50,313 nt of DNA from Fidelibacterota bacterium (GTDB lineage Bacteria; Fidelibacterota; Marinisomatia; Marinisomatales; AB-629-J13), in the NCBI GenBank assembly GCA_034408645.1, contig DASCRE010000069.1, forward strand, positions 1-50,313. The letters are read 5' to 3'. Position numbers and translations under genes: made by a program. This document shows positions 47,594 through 50,313 of this stretch, piece by piece. How positions within the stretch are numbered: position 1 is the stretch's first letter; each line of letters begins with the position of its first letter. Under the pieces are notes generated by a model. That model worked only from the letters and a program-made list of their open reading frames with translations, made no database searches and was not told where the DNA came from.

Positions 47594-48156
47594 ATCATTT
47601 CCTTTGGTGAAACATAGCAATTCCTGCATCGAGCTTCATAAATATCCATTTCTCCAACAATAATTTGTTCAGTTTCTCTGGTTTTTCTTTGAGTATAGGA
47701 TGCTGGTTTGCCGCATTGAACACAAATTGCTCGCAATTTATCTAAATAATCAGCTTCACACATCAGGGCTGGCATTGGCCCAAAAGGTATTCTACGGTAG
47801 TCTGCATCAAGACCAGCCGCTATGACCCTTTTTTTATTATTAGCAAGGGTTTTACAGACATCAATAATATCATCATGGAAAAACTGAATTTCATCAATTC
47901 CGACTACCTCAGCACCATCTGACAAGTTCAAGATATCATGTGCATTTTTTATCAAGTGAGATTCCAATTTCATGTTATTGTGAGATACAATGTGGTTTTC
48001 ACTGTAACGGCCATCAATATGAGGCTTAAAAATAGTGGTATGCATCTGAGCAATCTGAGCGCGGCGCAACCTCCTTATTAGTTCTTCGGTTTTTCCACTA
48101 AACATGCATCCACAAATTACTTCTATCCAACCAGGTTCAGGTGATTTTAGAGTCAT
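47590..48156 (-). CDS. tdk: Thymidine kinase
   Basis: It has the P-loop CGCMFSGKTEEL, GIDEIQFF, and the zinc ribbon CVQCG...CRNC. Length is 188 aa. Confidence 0.95.
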   Translation of the reverse strand: MTLKSPEPGWIEVICGCMFSGKTEELIRRLRRAQIAQMHTTIFKPHIDGRYSENHIVSHNNMKLESHLIKNAHDILNLSDGAEVVGIDEIQFFHDDIIDVCKTLANNKKRVIAAGLDADYRRIPFGPMPALMCEADYLDKLRAICVQCGKPASYTQRKTRETEQIIVGEMDIYEARCRNCYVSPKEMM

Positions 48157-48168
48157 CAGTTTTCTATT

Positions 48169-48555
48169 TCATGTTAAATTATTTTTGTCAAAAGCATCTG
48201 GAAGGAGGGCTTGGCTTGATGTTTCTTTTATTTTATTTTGATTGTCAATTATCAAAATTGGAATATCTCCGCACAGTTCCCATATAACCTGCCGGCAGGC
48301 TCCACAGGGGAATCCGCCATTTTCACTTGCGACTGCCATTGCTTTTATTTTTAAAAATCCTTGGGATATGGTGTTGTACAGTGCAATCCTCTCAGCACAG
48401 CAGGTTAATCCATAGCTTGCGGATTCTACATTACAGCCGCCAATTATGGAACCATCTTCCGTTTTGACCGAAGCTCCAACTGTATATTTTGAAAAGGGTG
48501 CATATGACTTATCGCGCATTTCTTTTGCAACATGTATGAGTTTCTCTTGATTCAT
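48169..48555 (-). CDS. cdd: Cytidine deaminase
   Basis: It has the zinc motifs CAERIAL and PCGACRQ. Length is 128 aa. Confidence 0.92.
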   Translation of the reverse strand: MNQEKLIHVAKEMRDKSYAPFSKYTVGASVKTEDGSIIGGCNVESASYGLTCCAERIALYNTISQGFLKIKAMAVASENGGFPCGACRQVIWELCGDIPILIIDNQNKIKETSSQALLPDAFDKNNLT

Positions 48556-48558
48556 AAT

Positions 48559-49206
48559 TTAAACGATACGAAAGGTGCGGAATAATTTTTGTCCGCCGAC
48601 ACCAGCAATAAATCCTCCAATATGAGCAAACCACGCCACCCCACCGGTTGTATCCAGTCCTAATGTTCCCAACCCATTACTTAACTGCATGAGAAACCAA
48701 AAACCCAATACGATCTGTGCTGGAACTTGGATAGTAGTGATAAAGATAAAAATGATAAAAACATGTACCCGTGCTTTTGGGTACATCATCATATATGCAC
48801 CTAAAACTCCCGCGATAGCACCGCTGGCACCTACCATGGGAATCTGGGAGGCCGCATTTAAGATTACTTGACTCAAAGCAGCAACCGTTCCGCACGCTAA
48901 AAAAAATATCAGGAACCGGATGTGACCGAGCGCGCTTTCCACGTTGTCCCCGAATATCCAGAGAAACCACATATTACCAGCAATATGTGCTATTCCACCA
49001 TGTATAAACATAGATGTAAAGACATTAAAAATAGAAAACTGTGCTGGGATAAGACCAAACGCATAAATAAATGTTCTTTCTCCAACAATATCTGAAAGTC
49101 CCAACCCAGTTTGAAAAACAAAAACAAAAATATTAATTCCTAAAATGGCATAGGTGACATACGGAACAAGAATTCGGGGGTTATCATCCTTATAAGGAAA
49201 AAACAC
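48559..49206 (-). CDS. Rhomboid-family intramembrane serine protease
   Basis: It has six TMs, HIAGNMWFLWIFG, the catalytic Ser in GASGAIAGVLGAY and the catalytic His in AHIGGFIAG. GTG start. Confidence 0.85.
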   Translation of the reverse strand: MFFPYKDDNPRILVPYVTYAILGINIFVFVFQTGLGLSDIVGERTFIYAFGLIPAQFSIFNVFTSMFIHGGIAHIAGNMWFLWIFGDNVESALGHIRFLIFFLACGTVAALSQVILNAASQIPMVGASGAIAGVLGAYMMMYPKARVHVFIIFIFITTIQVPAQIVLGFWFLMQLSNGLGTLGLDTTGGVAWFAHIGGFIAGVGGQKLFRTFRIV

Positions 49207-49232
49207 AGGTCAATTTAATCTGATTAATTATT

Positions 49233-49251
49233 AAAAACCGAAACGGATTTT
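49233..49251 (-). terminator. Weak candidate intrinsic terminator after the 49278.. gene
   Basis: On the minus strand, AAAATCCG/TTT/CGGTTTTT forms a short hairpin with only three GC pairs and one bulge, followed by a T-run. It is marginal. Confidence 0.25.
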
Positions 49252-49277
49252 ATGAACAGCCTCAATGAATTGGCAAT

Positions 49278-50313
49278 TTAATTTACATTAAATATTATTG
49301 TTTTTTCCATTTTATTCCCAGCATAATCTCGTGCAGAAATATATATGGAGTAATCTCCGGAAATAAGAGGATCAACAAAAGAATATGATAATTCCTTTTT
49401 TATAGGTTGGTAAGCACAAAACCCCCTTTTTCCGTTCAAGATAATTTTTAATGCCTCTTCACTAGGCTCAACCCCTGAAAGATTATCTTTCAAGATACAT
49501 TTAATTGAATAAATATCACCGGATGTATATGAGTGTGATGGTTCAGGAAAGACATGAACTATCTCAGGAGGAATTGTATCCTGTAAAAGTGTAAATATTC
49601 CCAATTCTGATAATTCAACGGTGTGTTTAAAGTTTTTACCGTGAGGCTCCTGAAACTCCCATTTATTTTTCTTTTTGTTATATTTATAAATACCTGCTCC
49701 CTCAATTAATTGTTGATTTTGATTCAGTTTGAACGTGAGATAAACAGGGTTTTTTAAGGGGAGATTATTGGGCTCAATATTATAAGTATTGGTCAGTGAT
49801 GTGATGTTACTTTCTTTAAAAGACTGTGTGTTTTTTATCCAAATCAATGCGGTATCAAACAGTGCAAATTCTTTGAACTGGATGTGTACGATATTATCCT
49901 TTGAGCTAAGTTTGGATTGAGAGTTCGGGTAGACAACCATTGCATTGATTGGAAAATCAACATGTTTTTCTTTTGTTAACACGGAGATATGATTGATGTT
50001 TTTAAATTTATCAAATGGGATTAAAGTACTATAATATGTTTGTGGAGGAGTGTGAAAGAAATTAAAATCAAATGGTTTATTATCATTTATGATTAAACGA
50101 CCATGGACAGTGAACAGATTTTCTATATCTTGGAATTCAATAAACACCCCGTTTTCACTGTTAAGAATTTGTAAATCTGAATCGAGAAATAAATCTGTTT
50201 GCCAGGACTCTTGTCTTACCCAGGATCGTGGTTTTTTTGGGGATTTATTGTTGGAAAGTTTACAAACAATTTTTCCGTTTACATTTGAAATATTACCGTA
50301 AGCATCGGCAATG
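49278..50313 (-). CDS. Hypothetical protein, C-terminal part. The ORF continues past the right window edge.
   Basis: The track ORF starts at the Met at 50147. The same frame stays open to 50312 (…IADAYGNISNVNGKIVCKLSNNKSPKKPRSWVRQESWQTDLFLDSDLQILNSENGVFIEFQD…), so the real start lies outside the window. The C-terminus (YSIYISARDYAGNKMEKTIIFNV) looks like an Ig-like beta-sandwich. Confidence 0.6.
   Translation of the reverse strand, partial: IADAYGNISNVNGKIVCKLSNNKSPKKPRSWVRQESWQTDLFLDSDLQILNSENGVFIEFQDIENLFTVHGRLIINDNKPFDFNFFHTPPQTYYSTLIPFDKFKNINHISVLTKEKHVDFPINAMVVYPNSQSKLSSKDNIVHIQFKEFALFDTALIWIKNTQSFKESNITSLTNTYNIEPNNLPLKNPVYLTFKLNQNQQLIEGAGIYKYNKKKNKWEFQEPHGKNFKHTVELSELGIFTLLQDTIPPEIVHVFPEPSHSYTSGDIYSIKCILKDNLSGVEPSEEALKIILNGKRGFCAYQPIKKELSYSFVDPLISGDYSIYISARDYAGNKMEKTIIFNVN

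Noticed and set aside
1-50313. CRISPR arrays, tRNA or rRNA genes, IS elements, integrases, toxin-antitoxin or known defence genes
   Set aside because: I recognised none. All intergenic gaps are about 200 nt or shorter and lack repeat-spacer periodicity or tRNA-like GTTC/acceptor features. No ORF shows transposase, integrase or nuclease-defence motifs. A proper tRNAscan, Infernal or repeat search was not possible here.

Overview
The window is AT-rich and densely coding. I count about 48 CDS with short or overlapping junctions. By eye I found no rRNA, tRNA, CRISPR array, transposase, integrase or long repeat, and the longest non-coding gaps are only about 135-200 nt. The gene content is that of a diderm bacterium. 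A short (284 aa) primary sigma factor, split MacB-type permeases and a Cys-less Mrp suggest an uncultured FCB-superphylum-like (possibly marine) lineage, but I cannot assign taxonomy from sequence alone.

Most of the window is housekeeping:
- tatD, rsmA, rpoD-rpsU
- a phosphohexomutase-deoC-ALDH-ALDH-like module
- rlmD, valS, recG
- a TolC/HlyD/ABC (MacAB-like) efflux operon
- cca, an MFS transporter plus FGGY kinase pair, a ferredoxin, mrp
- a large envelope supercluster: uppS-bamA-skp-lpxD-lpxC-fabZ-lpxA-(unknown)-dxr-rseP
- an lpxL-like/tsaC/DUF3108 operon and an NfeD-FloA flotillin operon
- a rhomboid-cdd-tdk-nupC-adk-coaE operon

The least ordinary parts are:
1. The left-edge minus-strand operon: a secreted PNGase F-like protein, then a protein whose N-terminus resembles the phage DNA-hypermodification aGPT-pyrophosphorylase family, then an AGMO-like membrane oxygenase.
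2. A catalytic-domain-less ALDH paralogue translationally coupled to a complete ALDH downstream of deoC.
3. Two conserved genes (lpxA and the MFS transporter) whose conserved N-termini have no ATG/GTG/TTG start, which implies ATT/ATC initiation.

I see no clear-cut novel multi-gene system such as a defence island. All family assignments come from motif recognition and need HMM or BLAST confirmation.
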